A DNA stretch of 64,000 nucleotides from the IMG/VR virus record IMGVR_UViG_3300031963_000006, positions 124,001-188,000 of that record; one strand, given 5' to 3'. The notes below the pieces were generated by a model, which made no database searches, was not told the origin of the DNA, and worked only from the letters and a program-made list of their open reading frames with translations. Positions 10,044 through 21,600 of the stretch are shown here, one piece after another. The translations under genes and the position numbers were made by a program. The stretch's first letter is position 1, and every line of letters starts with the position of its first letter.

Positions 10044-12904
10044 TGGCTTCATATTGTGGACTTTCATTTGAAATACAAGTTACTGGAGATTGTTCTAACA
10101 CAAGTTCGGGTTCTTTTAGCGTTGCAATAAACGGAAATGCTCCTGATTATACTATTCAGTTTATATCCCCGACCACTGATGTTTATTATTTAGGTAATAA
10201 TGTTACCGCAACAACCTTCACATCATTATCGGCGGGAACATATGTATTTGAGGTAATTGATTCTTGTTTGACCGCTGGAACTCCAAATATAGGGTCAGCC
10301 TACATTTCAAGCGGAACTACTGTTACCTGTATTGATATATCTAATACTTCATACGATACGAATAATGGCTCGATAACTGCCCAAACATCAAATTTCTATA
10401 ATGTTAGTAGTTTTTATTTATATGATTATTATAATGGATATATAACTTCAGGGAATTCATTTTTTGATTATTTTATATTTGATTCATTATCTGCGTCAAC
10501 ATATTACGTTATTGCTGACGACGGAGGAGGATGTACAGGTCAATCTGAAACTGTAATTATTAAAAGTTCAACTACATTTGATTACGGTTTTTATGTTATT
10601 AATGAATCAGGATGTAACATAAATAATGGTAAAATTTTTATAACAGGACTAACAGGCAACGGTCCATATACTTATCTATGGAATAATGGACAAACAACAT
10701 CATCAATTAGTGGGTTAAGTGCTGGTGGTTATACAGTTTCGGTTACCGATAAAGATTCAGTCGAATTAAAAAAAGGTACTACGGTAAACAAAGTGCCTAG
10801 GTTATCTTATGTTACTAATCTACAAACCGCGCCATCTTGCTATGGTAGTGACGGTCAACTTACATATATTATTAGTGGAGGAACTCCTCCATATAACTAC
10901 CAACTTTCTAATGGTATAACAAATGTAAGTTTTTTAACCAGTATAACAATACCTAATCTTTCCGCCGGAGATTATACTATGACGGTTACCGATGCTGGAA
11001 CATGCGTTGTGACGACTAATTTTTCACTTTTATCCCCTAAAGGGCTTAATGTTGTATCGGTAAACACCACAACCGCAACTTGTGATTTAAACAATGGAAC
11101 AGTTTCGATAAGATTAGTTGGTGGTTCACCACCTTATACGTATGTATTGACTAACCAAAATGGAAAAACTACAAACTACACTACTCAAAATCAATCACAA
11201 ATATTTTCTAATTTATATGAGGGTGAATATACTTTATCAATTAGTGACTTAGGCCCATGTACATTTGAAGAAACGGTTACAATTGGAAGTGTAAATAGTT
11301 TTCAAATTAATACTAATGTTTATGATATTACTTGTAGTAATGAATATGGTAGTGTTGGTATTGAAGTAGTTGGGGATGGTGTATCTCCGTATACTTATCA
11401 AATAACAGGAAAACCGTCAGTCACTAAAAATCAAAAAGAAATGGTTTTTGAGTATTTGGATGAGGGTTCCTATTTAGTACAAGTTATCGATTCATCAGGA
11501 TGTACACAAACTACTAATGTTTATGTCGGTAGCGGTAATAAAGTCAATTTTAATTATTTAACTAAAAAAACTAAAGATGGTGTTGACGGTAAAATTGATT
11601 TGTATATTACTCAAGGGACTCCTCCCTTTGAAATAGTTTGGAGTGATAATGTTGGAGGTCAAACCGGTAAAACTTTAACTAATTTGTCTGCAGGCACATA
11701 TGATGTCACGGTTACCGATGGTAATGGATGTGCCCAAACAAGAAGTCTTGATGTTGGAGGAACTAACTTAATTTCGTCATATCAAATTTACAATGTTTGT
11801 GACAGTGATTTATCCAATAGTGGTGAAGTTCTTAAGAAAGGACTCCAACAAATGTTATTAGAAGGTTTTTATGATTTAACATATGGTGATAATAATTGCG
11901 TACTTAATCAAGCTATTTTTACTGCCATAGTTAACTTAAGTGGGATAACATCAACCGCGCAATTCTATACTACTGAGTCATTAAATGATTTTCCATTTGA
12001 TAATGATTTTTATACAGTTGTCGAACAAATATTATTAACATATGATGGTATTGATAATGTTATTTTTAATTCTAATACAAATCAAGTAGTTATTAATACA
12101 GGATGTGGAGACCAAAATGTATCACTAATTGATTTTCCAATACAAGTTTCAGTACAGATAGATTATGATATAACGTGTGAAAGTTGTGATGGTGCTTCAG
12201 TATTACCATTCTTCCCATATGTTGTCATGGATTATGGAATCTATGGATTTGACCCTCAAAACAGAATTTTCTTAGAATTGCCCGAGAGCGATAAATATAC
12301 GTCTATTTTAGGTGCAACAAGAAGTCCTGATAATAGTAAATTATGGGTTTTAAATGACACTGGAAATAGTATTTTCGAATATGATGTAATATCCTTAATA
12401 CCTTATATAGTTACATTTAACAGAGAAATTAATTTAAGTTCAACAATTAGTCGAGCATTAACTTATGTGAATTCTACCACATTATATGGAGGTAATGATT
12501 CATCACAATACATCTCTTCAATTGACCTAATAAACGGAAATGTTGCCAATGGTATTTTCTTGAGTACGGTTCCATTTACGGTTGTTGATAATACTTTACT
12601 TATTAATTTATCAGGTAATACAATAGTATTGACACATGATATTGATGGATTCCAGTATATTAGACAGTATGATTCGGTAAGTAATCTTTTAGTTGAAATT
12701 AACCTTCCAGCAACTATAGGGTACACAATGTATGAATATGATTCGGTATTTTATTTAGTCGATTTGGGTAATTATCAAGTCTATTCTATTTTAACAACTT
12801 CACCATACACATTAACACCTGAATTTATAATAGAACCACCTGTAACTACTAACACATTTATCATGTCACAAATAAACACTTATGTAACAACTAATTTCAC
12901 ATAA
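10043..12904 (+). CDS. SprB-repeat adhesin-like virion protein with C-terminal propeller-like domain
   Basis: Tandem C..G....GG.PPY.Y...LSAG.Y.V.V.D..GC repeats (SprB-like); C-terminal ~230 aa resembles domains in the 18615 and 28498 ORFs. Confidence 0.7.
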   Translation: MASYCGLSFEIQVTGDCSNTSSGSFSVAINGNAPDYTIQFISPTTDVYYLGNNVTATTFTSLSAGTYVFEVIDSCLTAGTPNIGSAYISSGTTVTCIDISNTSYDTNNGSITAQTSNFYNVSSFYLYDYYNGYITSGNSFFDYFIFDSLSASTYYVIADDGGGCTGQSETVIIKSSTTFDYGFYVINESGCNINNGKIFITGLTGNGPYTYLWNNGQTTSSISGLSAGGYTVSVTDKDSVELKKGTTVNKVPRLSYVTNLQTAPSCYGSDGQLTYIISGGTPPYNYQLSNGITNVSFLTSITIPNLSAGDYTMTVTDAGTCVVTTNFSLLSPKGLNVVSVNTTTATCDLNNGTVSIRLVGGSPPYTYVLTNQNGKTTNYTTQNQSQIFSNLYEGEYTLSISDLGPCTFEETVTIGSVNSFQINTNVYDITCSNEYGSVGIEVVGDGVSPYTYQITGKPSVTKNQKEMVFEYLDEGSYLVQVIDSSGCTQTTNVYVGSGNKVNFNYLTKKTKDGVDGKIDLYITQGTPPFEIVWSDNVGGQTGKTLTNLSAGTYDVTVTDGNGCAQTRSLDVGGTNLISSYQIYNVCDSDLSNSGEVLKKGLQQMLLEGFYDLTYGDNNCVLNQAIFTAIVNLSGITSTAQFYTTESLNDFPFDNDFYTVVEQILLTYDGIDNVIFNSNTNQVVINTGCGDQNVSLIDFPIQVSVQIDYDITCESCDGASVLPFFPYVVMDYGIYGFDPQNRIFLELPESDKYTSILGATRSPDNSKLWVLNDTGNSIFEYDVISLIPYIVTFNREINLSSTISRALTYVNSTTLYGGNDSSQYISSIDLINGNVANGIFLSTVPFTVVDNTLLINLSGNTIVLTHDIDGFQYIRQYDSVSNLLVEINLPATIGYTMYEYDSVFYLVDLGNYQVYSILTTSPYTLTPEFIIEPPVTTNTFIMSQINTYVTTNFT

Positions 12905-12905
12905 A

Positions 12906-15527
12906 ATGACGGCTTTTTGTGGTCTATATATAACATCTGAATGTTTTGGTCAAATTCAAGCATCTCAAGACGGGATGTATAATGGTAGACCTCAGTATTT
13001 CTTTTCAATAACTTACAATGGTAATTTAATTAATGGTTGGATTTATTGGAGTCCTGATGATAATAGTTGGTTTGTCCAAGATTTATCTACCAATCAAAAT
13101 ATAAGTTATTTACCATTCGATAGGGTTCATCCAAACGGAACTTATTTGGAATGGGAAAATGTTTCACTATTAAGTTATGGTTGTTTAACTAATTCAACAT
13201 CATTTGAAACTGATTGGTTTTCAGAATGTCCACCAACTTATTTTGAATTTTGTTGCCCCAAAGAAAGTCAACCTGAAAATTTTATTGGATTACAAAGTTT
13301 TGAATACTATGGTTACATTGATAGTGTTTTTTATTTAGAATCACCACAATTTAGTGGATGTGCAACGGTAATTGAAGGGCCAATACCTAGTAGTTCAGTT
13401 ATTTATAACTCAGTTGATTTAACAACCCAATACGATAGATGTAATACTTGTACTGGAAGCACACAACCCTGTTATTCACAACCAATTTATACAACACCAA
13501 CACCGATAAGTCCATTAACCGCTGATACAGGATGTGGAGTTAATTATGTTTTAGTTAACGAATGTCAAGTTATAACTGTAAGTCCATTGTCGGTTTTATG
13601 TTCTGTAACTAATGTGTCAACATATGGTGGGAATGACGGTTCGATAGAATTATTAATAAGTGGAGGAACTCCTCCATATACGATAAGTTGGGATAACGGG
13701 TATTCAACTCCAATTATCAATAATTTAATCTCAGGTTCCTATAGATACACGGTTACAGATTATTATGGTGATTTTACTGTTTCAAATGCATGTTCAGTTG
13801 GACAATTACCAATGCCGACACCGGTCCCAAATCCATCTAATTTCTGTTTAACAGTTAATATTGATGGTCAGATATTTAAGATTCAATTTGAACCTTTTTT
13901 ACCATATACAGGTGGAATACCGGCTTACAAGGGATATGATGCAAATGGAGAATGGGTATATGATTTAGTTTTTTATACCGATTCTTTAAGATGGATGTTA
14001 GACGGTCCTATAACTGCCGGTGACTTAGTTAACTATGACCCTAGTTATCCACCATTAAATGGTTGGGAATGGTTAAATCCTGGTATCGGGATTGCAAATG
14101 GTGTTGTTGGAGATTGTCAAAACAACGGTAATTTTTGTATGACGATTAATGTAGATTCTTTCGCAACACAGCCATATAAAATTTATTTTAATGAATATGG
14201 GGAAGCAAATGGTAAACCAATGTGGATTGACAATTTAGACCAATACCAAATCTCATGGAGTGAGAACTCACAAAATTCATCTTGGATTTTACAGGGATTA
14301 CCTGAGTACGCAACATTTACTTTAATTAATTCTAACCCATCAATTCCCCCCACAAATCAGTGGTTTGTTAATGGTAAAAATGGAGAGGCGATAATTACAT
14401 ATGATAATTGTTTTAGTTCTACTATTTGTGCTACTATTTCTGATTTATGTGAAACTGAAAGTATTGAATTAGTGTCAGGTGAATTAATTAATGGACAACA
14501 AAGTTGGTCAGGACAATTACCTTGTGGTAATGTCGGAACATGGTCTATATATTATGATAATGTGAATAATCAATGGGTTACAGATGGGTTGGATTCAGTT
14601 GCAACTAATGACGCTATAAATTATAATAATGTTTATTTGGGACCATTTGGTTATTACAACACTAATGGATACTATAATCTTTTTGTTACCGATGGAAATT
14701 GTAATTCACAAGGTAATCTAAAAATGGTTGTTACATATAATGACCCAATTTCAGATAGTGACGGGGGTATAGTTTTAGAAGTCGAAGGAGGTAATCCCCC
14801 ATATCAATATTCCATAGATAACGGAACAACGTATCAAAATTTTCCAATTTTTTCAAATTTAAAATTTGGAACTTATGTCGTTACAGTTAAGGATGTTAAT
14901 GGTTTAATAATTAAACAAAGTATAATATTACAAAAACCACCACAGATAGTAACATATGAGGTTTCTTTGAACACTACATCTAGACGAACAGTAAATACCG
15001 TCACTACGACAACTGTGGAATATACAACAACATTAAAAGTCACACCGCCATTACCTAGCGGTGTTACAATAAACTTTAATCTAACTCACAATGATGTTTA
15101 TAAAGTATCTCCTTCAGAATCGGCGTCTTCGTTAACCCTCGGAACAATATTATTGAAAAATAATGAAGAAATTTCAATTGATGATACTATAACAGGTAAT
15201 TATACTTACTCTAACACACTTTTATCTTGTCAGTCAAATTTAGTTTATGTTACTGCAACAACTAATGATTGGTATAATTTATCAGTTACATATGGTGATA
15301 ATATTATTATAACCACAACGGTTACTAATGTTAAGAATGGTAAATACCCTTGTTATCTTGCCGAAAATAACGAATTATATTCTTTATCAAACTTAAGAAT
15401 TAATGGGTGTAGTAACTGTAAAACGTCAAATCAGGATTCTCCACCACCTATAAGTCAAACACCAACTAAAACCCCAACACCAACTCCTACACCATCTAAA
15501 CCAGCGACTACATCACCAGGTATATAA
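12906..15527 (+). CDS. Cys-rich modular virion/fibre protein with SprB-like repeats
   Basis: Four FC/IC...NG(R/K/Q)..(Y/W) Trp-rich modules, two GG.PPY SprB-like repeats, short PT linkers, PT-rich C-terminus. Confidence 0.6.
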   Translation: MTAFCGLYITSECFGQIQASQDGMYNGRPQYFFSITYNGNLINGWIYWSPDDNSWFVQDLSTNQNISYLPFDRVHPNGTYLEWENVSLLSYGCLTNSTSFETDWFSECPPTYFEFCCPKESQPENFIGLQSFEYYGYIDSVFYLESPQFSGCATVIEGPIPSSSVIYNSVDLTTQYDRCNTCTGSTQPCYSQPIYTTPTPISPLTADTGCGVNYVLVNECQVITVSPLSVLCSVTNVSTYGGNDGSIELLISGGTPPYTISWDNGYSTPIINNLISGSYRYTVTDYYGDFTVSNACSVGQLPMPTPVPNPSNFCLTVNIDGQIFKIQFEPFLPYTGGIPAYKGYDANGEWVYDLVFYTDSLRWMLDGPITAGDLVNYDPSYPPLNGWEWLNPGIGIANGVVGDCQNNGNFCMTINVDSFATQPYKIYFNEYGEANGKPMWIDNLDQYQISWSENSQNSSWILQGLPEYATFTLINSNPSIPPTNQWFVNGKNGEAIITYDNCFSSTICATISDLCETESIELVSGELINGQQSWSGQLPCGNVGTWSIYYDNVNNQWVTDGLDSVATNDAINYNNVYLGPFGYYNTNGYYNLFVTDGNCNSQGNLKMVVTYNDPISDSDGGIVLEVEGGNPPYQYSIDNGTTYQNFPIFSNLKFGTYVVTVKDVNGLIIKQSIILQKPPQIVTYEVSLNTTSRRTVNTVTTTTVEYTTTLKVTPPLPSGVTINFNLTHNDVYKVSPSESASSLTLGTILLKNNEEISIDDTITGNYTYSNTLLSCQSNLVYVTATTNDWYNLSVTYGDNIIITTTVTNVKNGKYPCYLAENNELYSLSNLRINGCSNCKTSNQDSPPPISQTPTKTPTPTPTPSKPATTSPGI

Positions 15528-15541
15528 AAAAACAAATGGTA

Positions 15542-15549
15542 TATTTATA
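15542..15549 (+). promoter_or_regulatory. Putative late promoter TATTTATA
   Basis: Intergenic, 4 nt before ATG 15554. Confidence 0.5.
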
Positions 15550-15553
15550 AGAA

Positions 15554-17959
15554 ATGGGATACATAATTAAAAATACTTCAGGTTTAATAAATTCAAGACT
15601 TACTGATACAGGTAGGAAAAAATTATCACAGGGTAATTTTAATATATCCTATTTCCAAATTGGTGATAGTGAGGTAACATATAATACCTTACCTGACACA
15701 TATAATCAATTCGATACAATGATTTTAGAACCCGGGTTCAATTCCCAAAATTCGGCTGGGGTTCCTGAATCTAATAAACAATATGTTAAATACCCTTACT
15801 ATGTTAGTGGTTCACAAGGGAATACATATGGAATTCCATTTATGGATTCTAAAATAAGTGATGTTTTTAATACCGCGGCTTTACGAGGATTTTTTTACGC
15901 CGATTTAACTCAAGACCCATTAGTTTGGAGCGCTTTAACTAGTTCTGATATATCTATTAATACAAATTACATTATCGATATGACCACTTTAACAGGTGGA
16001 ACAGGAACAACTTATGGAGTAATCTATGATTCATGTAATGAGAGTATTTGTAGATTACCACAAGCCGGTGATATTGTTACTATATATTTTAATGGAGTTG
16101 GTGAGGGAAATTGTAGTTGTGAAATAGTTCCTACACCAACACCAACACCATCGGCAACACCTGCCGCAGAACCTTGCTATACATGTGACCCATGTGAAAC
16201 CCCAAAACCAACACCCACACCATCGGGTACCCCGTGTTTACCAACACCACCTAGAGTAGTTTGTACTCCACCACAACCAACACAGTGTGTCATGTCTATG
16301 ACAAATTGTTATCCGATTTTAACTTATAGAATAATTTCTTTCTGTAATAACACTATAGAACTTGATAGACCTCTACCAAACTTTGATTACTTCCTAAATG
16401 GTTGTTATGGTAGAATCATGATTTACCCATCAGGTATGACTCAGTTGTATGATAGTACAACACCACGACCTCATTGGAATGACGATGTTATTAATTTTGA
16501 ATCGGTTTGTGATGTTGACCAAAAAGATGTAAGAATTTGGAATATGAATATTCCTTGGTCAGAAAATCCGGCTGGTTTAATCTCAAGTACATATGTTGAT
16601 TATACGGGGTTTGGTTCAAAACAGTACTTAGGGTCGAAAGAATATTATGGGTATGCTTCAGATTCGGGTCAGACAGATAGTAGTTATGTATTTTTCTATA
16701 ATTCATTTGATGAAAGACAAACTGTTTTACCAAAAGACCAAAAGGCAATTGCTATCATACATTATACTAACTATACAATTGATTTCTTCTATGGTGAAAA
16801 ATTTGCAATGAGACCTCATGATGACACTAATCCCGTAGATACAACTGGAGAGGCTCGAAATTTTAGATTACATATACCATGGTTAATGTGGCACAAATCC
16901 CCCGAATGTTGTAGTGGACAAACTTTTTGGGTTGACCCACCTAACTTCGATGGATTAGACCTTTTCCAAGTACAATATTTACAATCTACTAAAAATAGTG
17001 ATATGAACACACCTGGATTAAGATATTTCCATCTTTGGGATGAAAATCCTAATTCTGATGGTTATCCAAGTAGAATTGGTAAAGTGTTTCCTGATGACAA
17101 AATTATAATTATTGATGATGAAGAGATAATAGCTGCAATGTCATACAAATCTAATCGAAATTGGACATTACCGGCTCCTCGAGTAACACTGATAACACCA
17201 AATACTTGTAATACGGAAGGAGAATCAGATGTCGGATTGTTAAGTGCTAATACGGAATATGTTTATGTGACGTATCTATTAACTAATAGTAGTACGTTTA
17301 CTAACTTCCTACATTGTAATTACTATGTGAGAATACAAGGACCAAACTTAGATTGTTCAACTTCAGGTTCTCAGAACATAGCAATTAGATTTGGTAATGA
17401 ATTTAATTGTTTGAATACTCCTGAAGAAAGTCCTGCGGATGTTAATGGATTTATTGCCGACGGATTTTATGTTTTAGTTCAAAAAGTAACAGGAGATACT
17501 AGACCAAATTCATCCGAATGGAGAATTATTGATAAAACGTCCGATTTATCCTCTTATTTGGTAAATAATTATATAACATCAAATGGTATGTCAAGTGTAA
17601 CATTTACAATTACAAATGATGAATACAATGGGGCGGCTTATTACGATTTAAATGATTATATACCATTGGTACCAATTAATCCAACAGGGATTACTTTAAA
17701 TTTTGGAGATGAATATTATTTCTACGGTTCATTAGAAACAGATATACAAGCAACAATATATGAAATGAGATATAAGGTTAACTTGGGGTCTGCGGATTTC
17801 CAAAATACAAGTAACCCGACTTGGACACCAGGTACGTCTTCGTACATAACTGACATTGGCCTTTACGATTTAGATAAAAATCTTATGATTATATCAAAAA
17901 TGCAATCACCTGTTTTAAGAACAGGACTACAGCAGTTTTTGATAAAGTTCGATTTTTAA
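15554..17959 (+). CDS. Tail-collar/fibre attachment protein (DUF3751-like ends)
   Basis: N-terminal RLTDTGRKKLSQG..FQIGD and C-terminal YITDIGLYD...LMIISK resemble the two halves of the phage tail-collar fibre domain; internal Cys/PT insert. Confidence 0.55.
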   Translation: MGYIIKNTSGLINSRLTDTGRKKLSQGNFNISYFQIGDSEVTYNTLPDTYNQFDTMILEPGFNSQNSAGVPESNKQYVKYPYYVSGSQGNTYGIPFMDSKISDVFNTAALRGFFYADLTQDPLVWSALTSSDISINTNYIIDMTTLTGGTGTTYGVIYDSCNESICRLPQAGDIVTIYFNGVGEGNCSCEIVPTPTPTPSATPAAEPCYTCDPCETPKPTPTPSGTPCLPTPPRVVCTPPQPTQCVMSMTNCYPILTYRIISFCNNTIELDRPLPNFDYFLNGCYGRIMIYPSGMTQLYDSTTPRPHWNDDVINFESVCDVDQKDVRIWNMNIPWSENPAGLISSTYVDYTGFGSKQYLGSKEYYGYASDSGQTDSSYVFFYNSFDERQTVLPKDQKAIAIIHYTNYTIDFFYGEKFAMRPHDDTNPVDTTGEARNFRLHIPWLMWHKSPECCSGQTFWVDPPNFDGLDLFQVQYLQSTKNSDMNTPGLRYFHLWDENPNSDGYPSRIGKVFPDDKIIIIDDEEIIAAMSYKSNRNWTLPAPRVTLITPNTCNTEGESDVGLLSANTEYVYVTYLLTNSSTFTNFLHCNYYVRIQGPNLDCSTSGSQNIAIRFGNEFNCLNTPEESPADVNGFIADGFYVLVQKVTGDTRPNSSEWRIIDKTSDLSSYLVNNYITSNGMSSVTFTITNDEYNGAAYYDLNDYIPLVPINPTGITLNFGDEYYFYGSLETDIQATIYEMRYKVNLGSADFQNTSNPTWTPGTSSYITDIGLYDLDKNLMIISKMQSPVLRTGLQQFLIKFDF

Positions 17960-17962
17960 TTT

Positions 17963-18562
17963 ATGAAAAAATCTTTAAAGGAAAGTCCAAAAATTCTTGG
18001 ACTTGATGTATCTACGAGTACAATAGGATGGGCGTTATTTGATATTATGTCTAAAGAGTTATTAGAGTTAACTCATATATCCCCTAGACCAAAACCTAAA
18101 ACTGAGAATAAGATACATGAACTATTATCTAAGGCTGAAATATTCAGAACAAAGTTATTACAGTACAAAGATTTAGGTATTACTAATGTGGTAATCGAAG
18201 AGCCATTACTTAATTCGAATAATGTTTATACCATAGGTACATTATTGAGATTTAATACTCTGATTACTAAAGAAATATACGATGTTTTAGGAATAGTACC
18301 CGAATTTATTTCAACTTATAATTCAAGAAAAAATGCGTTTCCTGAGTTAGTTCAAAAAAACGACAAAGGTAAACATGTATTGTTTGGAGGATTACCTAAA
18401 GATATTGATAAAAAACAAATTATATGGGATTTGGTTGCTAAACGAGAACCTCAGATTCAATGGCAATATACTAAAAACAATACTCTTAAAAAAGAGAATT
18501 TTGACCAATCGGATGCTTATTGTTGTGTTCTTGGTTATATGAATCAAGAAAAAGTTTGGTAA
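17963..18562 (+). CDS. ruvC: RuvC-like Holliday junction resolvase
   Basis: ILGLDVSTSTIGW, VVIEEP and FDQSDAY give the RNase H-fold acidic tetrad. Confidence 0.75.
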   Translation: MKKSLKESPKILGLDVSTSTIGWALFDIMSKELLELTHISPRPKPKTENKIHELLSKAEIFRTKLLQYKDLGITNVVIEEPLLNSNNVYTIGTLLRFNTLITKEIYDVLGIVPEFISTYNSRKNAFPELVQKNDKGKHVLFGGLPKDIDKKQIIWDLVAKREPQIQWQYTKNNTLKKENFDQSDAYCCVLGYMNQEKVW

Positions 18563-18586
18563 TCAAAATAAAATATTAAATAATTT

Positions 18587-18616
18587 AACCACGTATTAAG
18601 TACGTGGTTTTTTTTT
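18587..18616 (+). terminator. Intrinsic terminator between convergent genes
   Basis: AACCACGTA-TTAAG-TACGTGGTT followed by a T run. Confidence 0.75.
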
Positions 18617-21600
18617 ATGGTGTTACGGACCAATTTCTACCGGCACTTGTTAAAGTTGTTTTACATGCTATTCCAGCGGGTGATGGACTTGAGTTTGGAT
18701 TAGCGGTACCAACAGCATTAGATAATGTTAATGTACCATTTGTTAAACTGGTGCTATTTGCCAAGTTACATAAAATAAAATCAACACTACTTTGATTCAA
18801 AGCGCAGTTTCCGGCAATAACTCTCTTTAAAGAAGTTGCACTTGCAAAAGAAATTGACCAATTTACAATAGGATTTATCGACATAGTTAATGCAGTTAAT
18901 GATGTTGGGAAAGTATTTCCTAATGGTAAAATGTTATATTGGTTATTTATTTGATTTGATGAAATATTTAAATCCGCAACTTGTATTGATGAACTAAAAT
19001 TAGTTATCGTTGTTATAAAATTATTACTTAAATTTAATGTGAAGTTAGATGCGGTGGACAAATAGCTCATATTAAACGTGGTTAAATTATTATTAGTTAA
19101 AGAAACTAATTTAACATTAGATGGAAAGTTTTGAGTCCACGATGATAAAGAAACACCGTTTAATAAAAATGTTTGTAGATTAGGGCTAGTCGTTAAAGTT
19201 TGAGTCCAAGTGGGGATAGTGTTTATGCCTCCTCCGACACTTCCAGTAACTGTGTTAGCGTTAAAATAAATTAAACTGGTTGGTAATGTCACAGGTAGAG
19301 AAGTTAAAGCGTTAGCTTCTAAATTTAAAGTTTGTATTGAATTCGGTAGAGGTGGTATAGTAGTTAATACGTTATAAGATAAATTTAAAGTTATTAATGA
19401 AGTACAAGATATTATTGTGTTAGTAAAAGTGTTTATTCTATTATTATTTAAATCAAGTGTTTGGAGTAAAGTATTTGAGGTTAAGTTTATTGTGAATGAT
19501 GATAAACCAAATAGTAATGGGTTACCTGTATCTCTATTTTGAACCATACTAATGGTCTTAACACTAGCGGGGAAGTTATAAGTCCATCCGGTTAATCTGT
19601 TTCTATCAAAATTCACATTCTCTAAGGTTGTACAACTTAATAAACCATTTGGAGCATCAAAAAACTTTAAATTATTTTGACCTGAAGAGTTATAAACCTG
19701 AAAATCTCTAAGACCTGGAGGAGGTATTAATGTGAAATTAACTAATTGAGTGTCCGCAAATAAAACGAAAAGTATATTAACACTAGTCCAAGATGATAAA
19801 TTATGACTAAAGTCTGTAAAATTACTATTCCAAATTTGGAAATTATTAATTCTAATTCTACTAGATAAATTAAATGAATTTAACTCTAAATTTGGATTGT
19901 TGTGGTTAAAAAATCCTATTCTTGTGAATACACTATTTACAACATCAATACCTGATAAATTAGAGAAAGTACAAAATTCAAATCTTAAATTAGATATTGA
20001 TGACCAACTATCAAATGTGCCTGGGTTATCTATTACTTTTGATATTCTTCTAAAAGTTATTGCACCAATTGTTCCTGATGTTTGAAAAATTCCGTTTAAT
20101 TGATAATCGGCAAATGTTGCGGTATATAACGCCGAATTATAAGTTTTACTTGTTGTGTGAGTGGTAGTATTTGGTAAATTAACACCAAAAGTTTGACCAT
20201 CACCCAAATCAACATAAAACTTTTTAGTTCCACTTCCAAAATCTTGTCTAACCTCCATTGGATTTGAACCGACCACATTTTGAACTTGCCAAAATGGGCT
20301 TGAACCTGTGAAACTTCTACCAATACATTGTGGTGATTGTGAGGCTCCTTTAACTCCGGTTACACCTATATTAAAAGTTGTTGTTGCTGTATATGGTGGG
20401 TCTGAATTTACATTGAAAACATCACCAGTACTTTGGTCGATAAAGTAAAATTCATTATTTATTTGATAAATAGCATTTGCGTCTGTAATATTTGGTGTTG
20501 GAGGGTTTGGGCAATTTGTGCATCCTATCTGTATCTCAGGGAAGTCTCTTAAATTAGTTATATAGTCATGTTGAGTAATATAGAAGAATGTAGGAGTACC
20601 TGGATTTGTTTGGGTAAATATAACTTTATTATTTGTGGTCAATAAAATATCACCAGTAACTGTATTTGGGGTGAGTAAACTTCCTGGTAAATTAAACATC
20701 GACACAAAACTTGAAGTATTATTAGGGAATGGGTTTAGAGTGATTTTAATAATTCTATTTGGATTAACCAAAGTTTCACTACCAATTAAAGTATTTGAAT
20801 TAACCGCAACTAAACCTTTGCCTAAGAATGAAATACCAGGAGGGAAACTTATATCCCTGAAAGAACCAACCGTAAATGGCGTTAATGAAGTTATTATCCA
20901 TTCTCTAATAAAAATATTACCAGAACCAGGGCCACCATATAGCCAAAGTTTACCTGTTTGAGAACCTGGGTCCCAGTAATGGGCAATATCCTCGGAATTG
21001 AAAAATCCTGGTATTATTATTTCAGATAGTGTATTACCAATTGGGTTAAAGTAATATATTTTTGTTGAGGTGTTGACCAAAATAAAACAATCATCTAAAA
21101 TAACTGGTGGTTGATATGGGTTAGTTGGAGTTGGGGTTGGAGTCGACGTATTTGTAGGGGTTTGAGTTTTAGTAGGGGTTTGACTTTGAGTTGGTGTTTG
21201 AGTTTGAGTTTTAGTAGGGGTTTGACTCTTAGTTGGAGTTGATGTTTGGGTCGGTGTTTGAGTTGATGTTTTTGTTGATGTTTGGGTTGATGTTTGGGTT
21301 TGGGTCGGTGTTTGTGTTGATGTATTTGTTGGAGTTTTAGTTTGCGTAGGGGTTTGAGTCTGTGTTGGAGTTGGGGTCGGAGTTGGAGTAGATACGGCAA
21401 AAACTTCAGTGACACAAGAATAAACACTTGCGGCGTCTGGTGGATTATACTGTAAAGGATTTGTGTAATATGTATTTACATCTCCTAAATAAGATATATT
21501 TAAAGGATTTGAAGCTTCAACTTGTACGATTCTACCTGTATAAGAAATTACATAATAAAATCCGTTCTCGTAGAATAAACCTTCGGCAGTTTCCATTATA

